A stretch of DNA of 64,000 nucleotides, taken from IMG/VR virus record IMGVR_UViG_3300028027_000001, one strand, 5' to 3'. A model generated the notes under the pieces. It saw only the letters and a list, made by a program, of their open reading frames with translations. It ran no database searches and was not told the DNA's origin. The number at the start of each line of letters is the position of its first letter. The first letter of the stretch is position 1. This document shows positions 28,745-38,680 of this stretch, one piece after another. Position numbers and translations under genes: made by a program. The DNA is from a virus.

Positions 28745-29430
28745 ATTTTCTGTATTGTTAGTCCCCATATAACGTTAGGGGTGTTTATATCATAATATGG
28801 GTAATATTTTGGGTTATTAATTTCTGGTGAGGTTTCATCCCAATTTACATAATCTTGGGATATATAAAATTTCTCATTAGAAATATAATATCCATTCCTT
28901 TCTAATTCCTTTTTAATTAGGTTTTGTCTTCTATAATCATAGTACCTTAAAAATGGCTCACCCGTTTCTTCATAATTCATATACGGGCCTGCAGGTAATG
29001 TGATTATTAATTTTGAGTTTTTATCCTTTAATAGTTTACATGACTTATTGATTCCCGCTAAATCATGATTCCATCTACAGGTATCATCTTCTGCTAAACC
29101 ATTTGCCATACGATCTCCAGCAAACCAAAAACCAAAATGTTCAAATACTGAAATTGATATTATATAATCGTATTGGTTATTTTCATCAAATTCAATAAAA
29201 TCACCTTGGATATGTGACCATTGAGTATTTTCTCTTAACCAACATCCAGGATTTGATGGTCTGATGTCGGTTGTGGTTACATTTTTAAAACCCAATTCAT
29301 GAATTGACTCTGATACTCCTTCTACTCCTCCCTCACATTCCCCAATAATTAAAACCGATTTGGTATTATCAGTTAATTGATCAGTAAAATAAGGTACTTC
29401 TACTAATTTGGTTCCTCTTAAATTAATCAT
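28741..29430 (-). CDS. class I SAM-dependent methyltransferase-like protein
   Basis: VLIIG, TTDI, GDF, YDYIISISVFEHFG, LIITLP. Confidence 0.7.
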   Translation of the reverse strand: MINLRGTKLVEVPYFTDQLTDNTKSVLIIGECEGGVEGVSESIHELGFKNVTTTDIRPSNPGCWLRENTQWSHIQGDFIEFDENNQYDYIISISVFEHFGFWFAGDRMANGLAEDDTCRWNHDLAGINKSCKLLKDKNSKLIITLPAGPYMNYEETGEPFLRYYDYRRQNLIKKELERNGYYISNEKFYISQDYVNWDETSPEINNPKYYPYYDINTPNVIWGLTIQKI

Positions 29431-29455
29431 GTGTTATTTTTTGGTTTATTATATC

Positions 29456-30265
29456 TTAATATTTTAAAGGGGCACCATAATATGGAGCATCCCAATTTGA
29501 TTGCATAACTATACCCAAATATTGTTCTGAAATTTGTTGTTCTGTTATTTCTAAATGTTTGTATTCATCATATTGTTGTCCATAGTGGAATACTTTAAAC
29601 ATCGGTTCTATGGGCCATATTTTGAAGTTATTTCTGTATAATAACCACTCCCCATACCATGTAAATTCACTCGGGCAGAATCCAATTAGATCAGCAAATG
29701 TTAAATTATTTGGCTTACAGTATTCTTCTTCTAATGTTTCCCAAACATTACAATTCCATATGGATGGGGTCGGACCAAAATCATACACTCTTCCAGGACG
29801 AGAAAATAAACTTTGGATCTTTTTTCTATCGTCTTTGAATGATATCCTACAATCAAATGGTAAATTATTAAATTTACTAGTTGCTACCCAAGTATGAAGT
29901 TCTTTTTGTTCATGCATACATGTATAAGGGGTATTTACATCAAACATAAAATCACTTATACTGAATGGTTTAATAAAATATGAATCTGAATCTATCAGTA
30001 CATAATTTTCACATATGTTTAGTTTCCAAAAACTGGATTTTACTATCTGTTGAGTTAGCCATCCTGGGCCTGAGACATTGTAAATAGTTTCATCAAATAC
30101 TAAATGGGCATTTTCAAAAATTGAAAATAAATCTTGATCTTCTCTTGGGATACTGATGTAAAAAGGTATATTATCAGTATTGTGTTGTTGGATTGAGTTA
30201 TATAATACTTTAACTCTTTCTAAGTCACCCCTATATGACTTGCAGTATAAAACTATTTTATGCAT
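29456..30265 (-). CDS. DUF6492-like GT-A-fold protein
   Basis: GWLTQQIVK, YVLIDSD, SEFTWYG. Confidence 0.65.
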   Translation of the reverse strand: MHKIVLYCKSYRGDLERVKVLYNSIQQHNTDNIPFYISIPREDQDLFSIFENAHLVFDETIYNVSGPGWLTQQIVKSSFWKLNICENYVLIDSDSYFIKPFSISDFMFDVNTPYTCMHEQKELHTWVATSKFNNLPFDCRISFKDDRKKIQSLFSRPGRVYDFGPTPSIWNCNVWETLEEEYCKPNNLTFADLIGFCPSEFTWYGEWLLYRNNFKIWPIEPMFKVFHYGQQYDEYKHLEITEQQISEQYLGIVMQSNWDAPYYGAPLKY

Positions 30266-31127
30266 TTTTTAATCCGTTAATCATTCCTACTTCGTTGAAT
30301 ATAGGAAAATTTCCCCACTTATCCAACCATTTTTGAATGTTCTTTTTTTCCGCTTCAACTTGCCTTGGATCACTTTTACCATCAAATAATTCTAAACGAT
30401 GTGAACCTCGAGCTCCAAAATGCCATACTAGTGAAGACCCAGTTAATAAAAACTTGAATCCCTTTTGTAACATCCTTAAAAACAAATCCATATCTTCCCA
30501 GCTAGCTGGGGCGAATATAGGATCATTCCCTCCTATTTCATCCCAATCACGCTTACGGATTAATCCCGATACACCTTCTCCTTTAGGTATTTCATAGGTT
30601 TTATTAGCCCACATAAATTCCATAGCATAATCTTCAAATTCTCTAGCATTAAAATCATGATAATACGCACCAAAAATTTCTTTATCTACGATATATGTTC
30701 CAGGCCTTGAGGAAGGATTATTAAACATATTGGGTTCCATTCTGTGAGATGACACCCACAATTTTTCATCAGGATACTTTTCCAGAGTATCTAGTAATGC
30801 TTTATCCCACCATTTACCAACGTAAAAGTCTGAGTGTAAAAACATGATATATTCGGTTTCAACGCGATCCGCACAAAAATTCATTCCACCACCTATACCA
30901 ACCGGTACTTCGTTTTTATCAATGAAATATGTTAAATTGTATTGCTTAGCATTTTGTTCTAACCACTCATCTGTCCCATCGGTACAATTTTCGGCATGGA
31001 TTATGAATGGAGCGTCTGTGAAAAAGCTGTTTTTCCTAACGGAATGAACAGCTAATTTAAGATAATCCAAATTATTATAAGTGGAAATGCAAAATGTAAG
31101 ATAATGATCTTTATTAAATACCTGCAT
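30258..31127 (-). CDS. glycosyltransferase family 2
   Basis: ISTYNN, ENCTDGT, HSDF, GGND..F..WEDMD. Confidence 0.9.
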   Translation of the reverse strand: MQVFNKDHYLTFCISTYNNLDYLKLAVHSVRKNSFFTDAPFIIHAENCTDGTDEWLEQNAKQYNLTYFIDKNEVPVGIGGGMNFCADRVETEYIMFLHSDFYVGKWWDKALLDTLEKYPDEKLWVSSHRMEPNMFNNPSSRPGTYIVDKEIFGAYYHDFNAREFEDYAMEFMWANKTYEIPKGEGVSGLIRKRDWDEIGGNDPIFAPASWEDMDLFLRMLQKGFKFLLTGSSLVWHFGARGSHRLELFDGKSDPRQVEAEKKNIQKWLDKWGNFPIFNEVGMINGLKNA

Positions 31128-31752
31128 ATAGATTATTTTGAAGGATCTGACGTTTTAATGTTTTTGGATGGTACAAACTCCATTCTTCCTCAAATGGTAA
31201 TCGGGATAATGTTTGGTAACCTTTTACTGTTTCGTGTACTTTACCTTCCCATCTAATATTTGGGTCGCGTCTGAAAATACGAAGTTGTGGGTCAAAAGCA
31301 TTAATCCAACCTTTTTCATTCATTGTCCATCCCATTTGATTAACATATATGTCTATCTCATTTGCATCACCTGATAGAGTGTTGATTCGAGGGACCCAAT
31401 ATGCGTCAATAGATGGATTTAATTCCAAGACAGCTGGTAGAGACTTAATTAAGTTCTCGTGTGGTAATTCATCTGCGTCTAAATTACAGATAAAATCTTT
31501 ATTACACATATCAATGAGTTTATTTTTCCATGATGCGAAATCACGGTCAAAGTGGCCTTTACCCCACATAAATTCATTGTTAATTGAATGGGTACGGAGA
31601 AAATTCTCCACCTCGGGATCACCATTTGCTTCATCATATAAAATGACAATGTTATCTTGTGGTCGCTTGTGCTGAAGCAAAAAGTGCACTAAACGTTGAA
31701 TCTCAAGGAATTCATTACACACAGTAACCGAGTATGAAATTGATGGACTCAT
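31114..31752 (-). CDS. glycosyltransferase family 2 (beta-1,4-glucosyltransferase-like)
   Basis: DFASWKN, LDADE, VPRIN, D-Q-RIF, W-GKVHE. Confidence 0.88.
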   Translation of the reverse strand: MSPSISYSVTVCNEFLEIQRLVHFLLQHKRPQDNIVILYDEANGDPEVENFLRTHSINNEFMWGKGHFDRDFASWKNKLIDMCNKDFICNLDADELPHENLIKSLPAVLELNPSIDAYWVPRINTLSGDANEIDIYVNQMGWTMNEKGWINAFDPQLRIFRRDPNIRWEGKVHETVKGYQTLSRLPFEEEWSLYHPKTLKRQILQNNLYAGI

Positions 31753-31809
31753 ATTTTTTATTTTATGTAAATATATGAAAAAAGCCTGGTTTAACCAAGC
31801 TTTCTTATT

Positions 31810-32271
31810 TTATTTAGGTAATACTCCTAGTTCCTCAAGTGCACCAATATAGTCGCGCTCTGGGAAGTATTTGATGTTTGCCATATCTGGTCTATGAGTC
31901 ATGTACTTTCCTTTTTGTCCTGGGATTGGGTGGTTTTTTTGTTCAGCTTCAGGTATTTCTACTTGTTTTACTACAGCCCATCCCCAATTATCTACAGATG
32001 TTCCACCAGCATAAATCATTCCTAATTCATTTTTAATTAGGTTTGGAAACCATACTAAACCTGTTTCAGGATCCTTCCAAGCTAATTCTTTATGTAACTC
32101 AGGTAAACCTTGGATGGTTTGCTCATAAAATTCACTACCTTCAGTTAGTAGTGTGTTTGAATAGAAACCACAAGATAAGGATAAGTAGTTATAAATACCT
32201 TTAGATACTTCTGTTTTGTAGCAGAGGTCCCCTTTTGATTTAGGACAATTGATTATTTCGTCGTTTTGCAT
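31810..32271 (-). CDS. hypothetical protein
   Basis: ORF track. Confidence 0.8.
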   Translation of the reverse strand: MQNDEIINCPKSKGDLCYKTEVSKGIYNYLSLSCGFYSNTLLTEGSEFYEQTIQGLPELHKELAWKDPETGLVWFPNLIKNELGMIYAGGTSVDNWGWAVVKQVEIPEAEQKNHPIPGQKGKYMTHRPDMANIKYFPERDYIGALEELGVLPK

Positions 32272-32277
32272 ATTATT

Positions 32278-32934
32278 TTATTTTAGGTATAAATGTTTAA
32301 GTACTACTCTTTTAATTTGTTCTTTTATTAATTCATTTTTAGTTATACCCTTCAATTCTCTTTTTTTAGGATAAACTATTTTTTTATATGCCTCAGAAGG
32401 AGAGATTGATAAGTGTTCAGATAACCCCATTACTTTGTATTCATCAACGGGTGATAAATTTTTCTTAACAATCCAAACCCTATCATTAACCCAAGAAACA
32501 TTATATTTTTCAGATAATAATGATCTCCATCTTTCTAAAAAACTTTCATCTGAGTATATCCTTTCATGAGATTCAGTTAATCCACTAAAAGAAACTATGT
32601 CTGGGGAAATGGTAGATATAAATGAATATACTATTTTAAATAAAGTGGATGTTACTTTGAGAAAGCTTGAAGGGGTTTTTAGTTTATCAGATATATCACC
32701 CCATTTCCAACTAACGTCCCAATATTTTGAAAGAGAATATTTTTTATGATCTATTGGGGCCCTATCAATGTCGTAATGATTTCTAAAATTTACAATAGCT
32801 ATTACATCTCCATCCAAAATGACTTTATATTCAAAATCATTTGACTTAAAGTAATCTAATGGAGAATCATATAACTCATTTAAAAAATGAGAATAATATT
32901 TTTTTACATATTCCTTAATTAACTTGGAATCCAT
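32278..32934 (-). CDS. hypothetical protein (paralogue family with 37671 and 57210)
   Basis: KVTSTLFKIVYSFISTISPDIVSFSG core. Confidence 0.8.
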   Translation of the reverse strand: MDSKLIKEYVKKYYSHFLNELYDSPLDYFKSNDFEYKVILDGDVIAIVNFRNHYDIDRAPIDHKKYSLSKYWDVSWKWGDISDKLKTPSSFLKVTSTLFKIVYSFISTISPDIVSFSGLTESHERIYSDESFLERWRSLLSEKYNVSWVNDRVWIVKKNLSPVDEYKVMGLSEHLSISPSEAYKKIVYPKKRELKGITKNELIKEQIKRVVLKHLYLK

Positions 32935-34229
32935 TATTGTTCTATTTTTTTAAGTTTAGGAAGAGTTGGGAGTGTTAGAGGAACCTGTTTAACTGGGGAT
33001 GGAATAGCATCAAGGATTGTTTTGAATTTATCTTTCATATTATCGAATGAAAAATTATTTCTTGTATGGTAACCTTGGCGCTTAGCTAATTCAGCATACT
33101 TTTTATAATTGTCGAACATGTCTAAAATCACACTTGACGCCTGTTGAATATCAACGCTAAACCAGCTCGCTTCTTTCAACAGCATATTATTCGCTGCTGA
33201 TTGATGAATAGGCGTTAAATTACCGCCTAAAAGCGCAGTAAACTCAGGTTTTAAATAATCTAATTGACCGCTCCACCCGGTAGTAATAATTGGTTTATTA
33301 ATTGATGAGAATTCACATAACGTTCTTCCCCAACCTTCTCCTTTAGTTAATGAAACCATACATTTTACTTTAGGATGATTATACAGCTTATTAATTTCTT
33401 CATCTGTAAATTCACCATGTAACAAGTAAATATTAGGTAATGTATTCGCTACAACTGTTTTTTTAATTTCGTTAATTCGTTTAAGGATTTCTTCACGATC
33501 TGTATATGATGCTGAAACAGTAGATGTTTTAAGTATAAGTGCAGGAGTATTTTTCTTATTCTTGAATAATTCAAGGAATAACTTGATTAGCAATCCAACA
33601 TTTTTTCTATCTTCACCAATTGGTGTATTTCCAACCCACATTGAATTGAATAAATAACAAAATTTTTCTGGGATTGTGTCTAGATTAAATTCAGAGTTAT
33701 CAACATCTGTTATTTTATATGTGTTTAGATCAACACCTTCTAATAATGTATCTCCTGGTTTAGTCCATTCAATTAAACCAATGTTTTGGTTTGTATTTTT
33801 GTCTACTTTATGGAATTTACTTGAACGTAACACATCAATTGTATGTTTTGATGAACCTAATACTAAATCCATACGTTGACATCCTTCTACCCAATCAGAC
33901 GGAGCTATTGTAGATTCAATACCTGCGGTAATTCCACAATTCCATCCCCCAATTGGTTGAAATTCACCTGGGATGGTATGCATGAAGAAAAAATCAGGTT
34001 TATATGTGATTTGTTTAGTAGGAAGAAAATATTCTTCTAAAAACTTCCATTCAGGATTAATATCAATAAAATTAGTTGGTGTGTTGCCCCAAGCACATGG
34101 TAGGATTTTAATATCCCACTCATCTTTTTTTAATTCGATTAATGCCTTTGCAATATTTCTCCCACACGCCCCGTAACCACTAAAAGTAGTTACTGGAGAG
34201 TATAAGATGCATGTATATGCTTTTTTCAT
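32934..34229 (-). CDS. glycosyltransferase family 4 (GT-B)
   Basis: SGYG, RKN, GEGWGR-x-x-E, PIITTGWSG. Confidence 0.9.
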   Translation of the reverse strand: MKKAYTCILYSPVTTFSGYGACGRNIAKALIELKKDEWDIKILPCAWGNTPTNFIDINPEWKFLEEYFLPTKQITYKPDFFFMHTIPGEFQPIGGWNCGITAGIESTIAPSDWVEGCQRMDLVLGSSKHTIDVLRSSKFHKVDKNTNQNIGLIEWTKPGDTLLEGVDLNTYKITDVDNSEFNLDTIPEKFCYLFNSMWVGNTPIGEDRKNVGLLIKLFLELFKNKKNTPALILKTSTVSASYTDREEILKRINEIKKTVVANTLPNIYLLHGEFTDEEINKLYNHPKVKCMVSLTKGEGWGRTLCEFSSINKPIITTGWSGQLDYLKPEFTALLGGNLTPIHQSAANNMLLKEASWFSVDIQQASSVILDMFDNYKKYAELAKRQGYHTRNNFSFDNMKDKFKTILDAIPSPVKQVPLTLPTLPKLKKIEQ

Positions 34230-34240
34230 ATTTGTTATTG

Positions 34241-35158
34241 TTATTTTAAATTATTAATATTAAATTTATCTATTTCATCTTCCCATATTCTATAAAGAGT
34301 ATATCCTTTTTCCATAGCTAATTTATTTTTTACTCTATCATTAATTCTATTTCTCTTTTGGGTTTCATTTAAGTCATTATAGCCTTTATCTTTACCATGC
34401 CAATATATACCATCAATTTCTATCAATATGTTTTTATGGGGAATGTAAAAATCATATACCTTGTATGGGGTTTTACCTCCCTTATATTCTATAACATGTT
34501 GGAATATATGAGAAACATTATGCTCATCCAATATTTGTTTAAATTTTAATTCAGGTTTTGTATTAGTTCCATTTAAACTACCGTTAATTTGGTTTTTTTC
34601 GATGTTGGATTTACATAAACACTTTCTAGAGCAATAGCTACCTATATTTATCTTTCCTTCATAATACTTTATTAAAGAAGTATATACTATAAATTCTTTA
34701 TCACAATATAAACAATTATTTATTTGGGTTGCATTTTTAGTCCTTTGAAGGTTTTTACATGAAACCGAGCAGTATTTTTGGGATGAGTTCCAATTTTGGG
34801 TTGTAAAGGGTTTAGAACAATATTCACAACTATTTTTTAATTTTTCTTGAGTAATACTGTTATAAAAACATTTTCGACATACATCATTATTAGCTGAAGA
34901 TGTTAAAAATGCAGGATATGTTTGAAACTTTTGAGTTTCCCCACATGATGGGCAATTTTTTACCCACAGGTCTGGGTTTTTAGATATTCCTGTGTATTTG
35001 TTTTTGTGTTGGCTACTTTTATCATATTCTTCTTTTTTGCATTGAGAGCATGAATAATTTAACCCATCTTTAGTAGCATTGTTTTTATAAAAATATTTTA
35101 CATCTTTTTCAATATTGCACCTACAACATTTCTTTTTTTTCTCTTCCATTTTCAACAT
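34241..35158 (-). CDS. Zn-ribbon repeat plus DUF559/Vsr-like endonuclease
   Basis: Multiple CxxC; YDFYIP..LIEIDGIYWH..D..KN..GY..RIWE. Confidence 0.8.
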   Translation of the reverse strand: MLKMEEKKKKCCRCNIEKDVKYFYKNNATKDGLNYSCSQCKKEEYDKSSQHKNKYTGISKNPDLWVKNCPSCGETQKFQTYPAFLTSSANNDVCRKCFYNSITQEKLKNSCEYCSKPFTTQNWNSSQKYCSVSCKNLQRTKNATQINNCLYCDKEFIVYTSLIKYYEGKINIGSYCSRKCLCKSNIEKNQINGSLNGTNTKPELKFKQILDEHNVSHIFQHVIEYKGGKTPYKVYDFYIPHKNILIEIDGIYWHGKDKGYNDLNETQKRNRINDRVKNKLAMEKGYTLYRIWEDEIDKFNINNLK

Positions 35159-35267
35159 ATTTAATAATAATTTGTTCTACCAATTTTTGTAATTTTAAGC
35201 CGTTCTCATCACAATATTGTTTTAATTGAGTGTGGACTTCTTCTCTGATAATAATTGATTTTTTCAT
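35121..35267 (-). CDS. small ribbon-helix-helix-like protein (48 aa)
   Basis: MKKSIIIREEVHTQLKQYCDENGLKLQKLVEQII, class C motif at 35273. Confidence 0.65.
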   Translation of the reverse strand: MKKSIIIREEVHTQLKQYCDENGLKLQKLVEQIIIKYVENGREKKEML

Positions 35268-35321
35268 TTTATTATAAATATGTAGAGGGTATACCAAAGT
35301 ATACCCTTGTATAACTTGATT

Positions 35322-36263
35322 TTAATAAATTAGTTTTGTATTTCTTGTTGTGTCTGGAGTATACGAAGTAGCATTCACTAATTCAAATGTTTCTCTAGGT
35401 TCCCAAGTATTAAATAACACATCAATTGCTTCAATAGCACGTTGACCCATAATTTCACTTGTAAATCCCGCTTCGTTTAATGCCCATTCTCTACCAGCTA
35501 AACCTCTACGTTTTCTTTCTGTTGATTCTAATGAGTAAATATTGAAAATTTGTTCAGCTGCATCTTCAGGTTTACATCTATCATCACTGATGTATGGTGT
35601 TTTAGGTGAACCTTGGATTGAAATATTGGTTGGGAATACAGGAAACGCCCATTCACCGTGGTTTTTGTATGTGCCTCTGTGGTTTGAAGGGAAATCAGCT
35701 GTGAAGTCTAACCATTCACCATTTTCATTTTCAAATCTCATTTGATCTTGCATACCACCTTGAACGTTTGCTATAATTGGTGTTCCTGATACTATGGCCT
35801 CAGCTAAAGATAACCCAAACCCCTCATTACTACTTAATAATATTTGAGCATCAGCCATATTGTATAACAAATTCATGGCGTCTGGTGAGTTGCGGTCAGT
35901 TGAAAAATAGATGTTTGATTTATAATCAGCTAATAAATAATCTACTACAGCAATTAAATCAGTCCCGTGGTCACTCACTGGTTCAGTGTGAAGAAGGAAC
36001 GCACATTTTTGTGCTTGCTCAGGGGTTAATTTATCTAAAAATAAACGAAACGCCAGCAATGCATCTGGGATTTGTTTGCGGCGCATATTTCTAGAGTTAA
36101 AGAATAATACGAAATCGTATTCTTTCTCTTTAAAGAATTTTTTCTTCATATCTACTAACTCAAGGGTGTTGGGATCTAATGGTTTAAATACATTATGATT
36201 AACACCATGAGGAAGATAAGATAAAAGGATTGGACTGTTTCTATTTGTTTTCATTTTGTTCAT
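35322..36263 (-). CDS. glycosyltransferase family 4, C-terminal half of a split gene
   Basis: YLPHGV, RNMRRKQ, EGFGLSLAEA, GGMQDQ. Confidence 0.88.
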   Translation of the reverse strand: MNKMKTNRNSPILLSYLPHGVNHNVFKPLDPNTLELVDMKKKFFKEKEYDFVLFFNSRNMRRKQIPDALLAFRLFLDKLTPEQAQKCAFLLHTEPVSDHGTDLIAVVDYLLADYKSNIYFSTDRNSPDAMNLLYNMADAQILLSSNEGFGLSLAEAIVSGTPIIANVQGGMQDQMRFENENGEWLDFTADFPSNHRGTYKNHGEWAFPVFPTNISIQGSPKTPYISDDRCKPEDAAEQIFNIYSLESTERKRRGLAGREWALNEAGFTSEIMGQRAIEAIDVLFNTWEPRETFELVNATSYTPDTTRNTKLIY

Positions 36264-36393
36264 TTATATAATTTAAAACTGTTTTTTCGATAAAACCTCC
36301 AATTTTTAAAGTATTGTCCTCACAATACTCTTTTATTTTAATATACGAATCTTCTCCGAAGGTCACAGTATATTTTTTCTTTTTTTCTTTCAT
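36241..36393 (-). CDS. small ribbon-helix-helix-like protein (50 aa)
   Basis: MKEKKKKYTVTFGEDSYIKIKEYCEDNTLKIGGFIEK; resembles 35121..35267. Confidence 0.6.
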   Translation of the reverse strand: MKEKKKKYTVTFGEDSYIKIKEYCEDNTLKIGGFIEKTVLNYINEQNENK

Positions 36394-37046
36394 AATAACT
36401 TTTTTCCTTTGTTTCTGTTACCTATTTGATCTGTGTACCCGAATGACTCTGCTATTTCTGTTGTTTTGAATAAGGGTTGATGGTTAGAATAGTGAAAACA
36501 TTTTTCCAAATCACCTTCTTGAGTAAAATCAAACGAGGCACATGGTAATATATGATCTATTTCCCAAACATCCCCGTGATTTTCCCAAGTCATTTCCGGT
36601 GAAAATAATGACTCAATATATTGTTTAAATTCTTCAACAGTACAACCTAATATCTCCATGGTTTTTTTAGATTTAGTAAAACCAGTTATCAAAGAATATA
36701 TTCTAGATGTGGTAAGTTTTCTTAGTTTATAACTAATATCTTTCCCATATCTTCTTTGTTGGGCTAAATTATTATTTTTTAAATTAACTTTATTATATTC
36801 TTTTTGTCTATTAGGATGTTTTTGATCATACTCTTTTCTTTTTTGAGCAAATTTTTCTTTATTACTATGGTAATATTGGTTGTCATTTTGGTTTTTTCTT
36901 TTTCTATTTTCCTCATTACTTCTATACTCTATTTGGTATTGTTTTTCACAAGGAATGCACTTGCTAGAATGTCCACCTTTCACATGATTATTTATATAAA
37001 ATTCATTATATGGTTTATACTCTTTACATCTACAACATGTTTTCAT
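36390..37046 (-). CDS. HNH endonuclease
   Basis: N-terminal CxxC; WEIDHILP...CFHYSNHQPL...N. Confidence 0.85.
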   Translation of the reverse strand: MKTCCRCKEYKPYNEFYINNHVKGGHSSKCIPCEKQYQIEYRSNEENRKRKNQNDNQYYHSNKEKFAQKRKEYDQKHPNRQKEYNKVNLKNNNLAQQRRYGKDISYKLRKLTTSRIYSLITGFTKSKKTMEILGCTVEEFKQYIESLFSPEMTWENHGDVWEIDHILPCASFDFTQEGDLEKCFHYSNHQPLFKTTEIAESFGYTDQIGNRNKGKKLL

Positions 37047-37107
37047 AATTATGTTTTTATTATAAATATGTTAAAAATAATGCAAAGTCATGAAACGGAA
37101 TGAAAAA

Positions 37108-37665
37108 TTATGAAATTTTTTCTTTGTCAATATCAATATAAGGAATATCTCCCAATACTACCTTATTAACATTAAGGGTTTGTTTGGATATAGATAGTAA
37201 CATATCACAAGATTCATAATACGATTTGTTCCATAATGGATATGGTGTGGGTGAATCCCAAATATTTAGATAAATTATTGGGATTTGTTTTCTAACTTCA
37301 TTTTCAATAGCAAACAACCACTCATAGTACCTAGGATCTGAAATAAATAAAATAGCATCAGGTTTCTCGGTTTTTAACAACGTGCGAATCAAATTAGCAT
37401 CTCCATACCCACTTACAGGATATAAAAATACAGATGCATCTTCAACACCTGATGTTTTAGCAGTATCTGCAGATAAATCTAAACGTTTACCAGCTTCTGG
37501 GTGGTTTATGGCTCCTCCTATTGCTACAAAATTGTAGTGATGACATGTATTTAAGGTCAATTCACGGGCTACAGTCGCCACCCCGCTAAAAACCCTGAGA
37601 TCGTCCGCAATTAATAATATTTTTTTCCTTTGTTCTTTAGGTATATAACCTGGTTTTTCTTTCAT
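37108..37665 (-). CDS. glycosyltransferase family 4, N-terminal half of a split gene
   Basis: KILLIADD..SGVA, DPRY, WD, YESCD..SISKQT. Confidence 0.85.
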   Translation of the reverse strand: MKEKPGYIPKEQRKKILLIADDLRVFSGVATVARELTLNTCHHYNFVAIGGAINHPEAGKRLDLSADTAKTSGVEDASVFLYPVSGYGDANLIRTLLKTEKPDAILFISDPRYYEWLFAIENEVRKQIPIIYLNIWDSPTPYPLWNKSYYESCDMLLSISKQTLNVNKVVLGDIPYIDIDKEKIS

Positions 37666-37670
37666 ATAAC

Positions 37671-38195
37671 TTATTTTTTAGTTTTATAAACATTATATCC
37701 ATCATTTTTTGTTGATGATGAATACCCATTTATGGTTTTTAATTGTTTTAAAATATAAGCCCCATAGGTATTATTTTTTTGTTTTTCTCCTCCTTCACCA
37801 ACTTTACCACTACCTTCGATATAAAGACAATCGGGGTTATTTTTACTAATAAAATCTTTAACAATAACTGTTACTGTGGATAATATTCGGAGTAAATGTT
37901 TTATTGAAGTTTTAACATATTGGTTATTATCACCCCCAACATCGTAACCTACATTATAATAAGTATTAAAATTTCTTAATGTTGGAGAAAAACAATATTT
38001 CCATTCCTCACTACCAATCTCAAATTTATCAAAATTCACATCCACCACCACATTCTCCCCGTTCATTTCAATATGAAAAAAATAGTGGAGAGGTGATGTT
38101 GATTTAAAATCGAGGGGGGGAATGTTAGATTCACCTATTTCATTTATTACAGATTCGGTAATAGTTTTAACTAAAATATTTTTAAAATTAGACAT
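37671..38195 (-). CDS. hypothetical protein (paralogue family)
   Basis: RILSTVTVIVKDFISKNNPDCLYIEG core; promoter 38219. Confidence 0.8.
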   Translation of the reverse strand: MSNFKNILVKTITESVINEIGESNIPPLDFKSTSPLHYFFHIEMNGENVVVDVNFDKFEIGSEEWKYCFSPTLRNFNTYYNVGYDVGGDNNQYVKTSIKHLLRILSTVTVIVKDFISKNNPDCLYIEGSGKVGEGGEKQKNNTYGAYILKQLKTINGYSSSTKNDGYNVYKTKK

Positions 38196-38236
38196 AACTT
38201 ATTTTTTAATTTTAACGGGAATATACTAACTCCCTA

Positions 38237-38425
38237 TTACTTATCCAAATATTTTACCTCAGTTGTATGGATTAGTTTCCTAAATTCTGGGTCTGTGTTG
38301 TACAGATGCATTGCTCTTTCGGTTAATTTTTGAAGAGAGAATTTTTGTTTTATCGTATTCACGCGAAATTCTTCAAATAGATCTTTGTCTACTTTTACTG
38401 ATGTTAATTGTTGGTTTGCACTCAT
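38237..38425 (-). CDS. ribbon-helix-helix-like DNA-binding protein
   Basis: LTSVKVDKDLFEEFR..FSLQKL. Confidence 0.65.
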   Translation of the reverse strand: MSANQQLTSVKVDKDLFEEFRVNTIKQKFSLQKLTERAMHLYNTDPEFRKLIHTTEVKYLDK

Positions 38426-38496
38426 TTTAGTATATATTATAGTTCGTATATAAATATGGTGGAGGGATGTGTGAGTATATTCTTATATAACTTTAA

Positions 38497-38676
38497 TTAT
38501 TTAACACCAATCCCCTCACCATCCAAATACACTAACTTTACTACCCTATCTCCATCTATAATGGATATTGTGGGGTACTCATCATCAGGTATAGGATGTG
38601 TTGGTTTAATTTCAATTTTATACTCCCAACAAAGTTTATCTACTTTACTTAAAAATTCTACTATTCTATCTTCCAT
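38497..38676 (-). CDS. hypothetical protein
   Basis: Start MEDRIV. Confidence 0.65.
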   Translation of the reverse strand: MEDRIVEFLSKVDKLCWEYKIEIKPTHPIPDDEYPTISIIDGDRVVKLVYLDGEGIGVK

Positions 38677-38680
38677 AACT

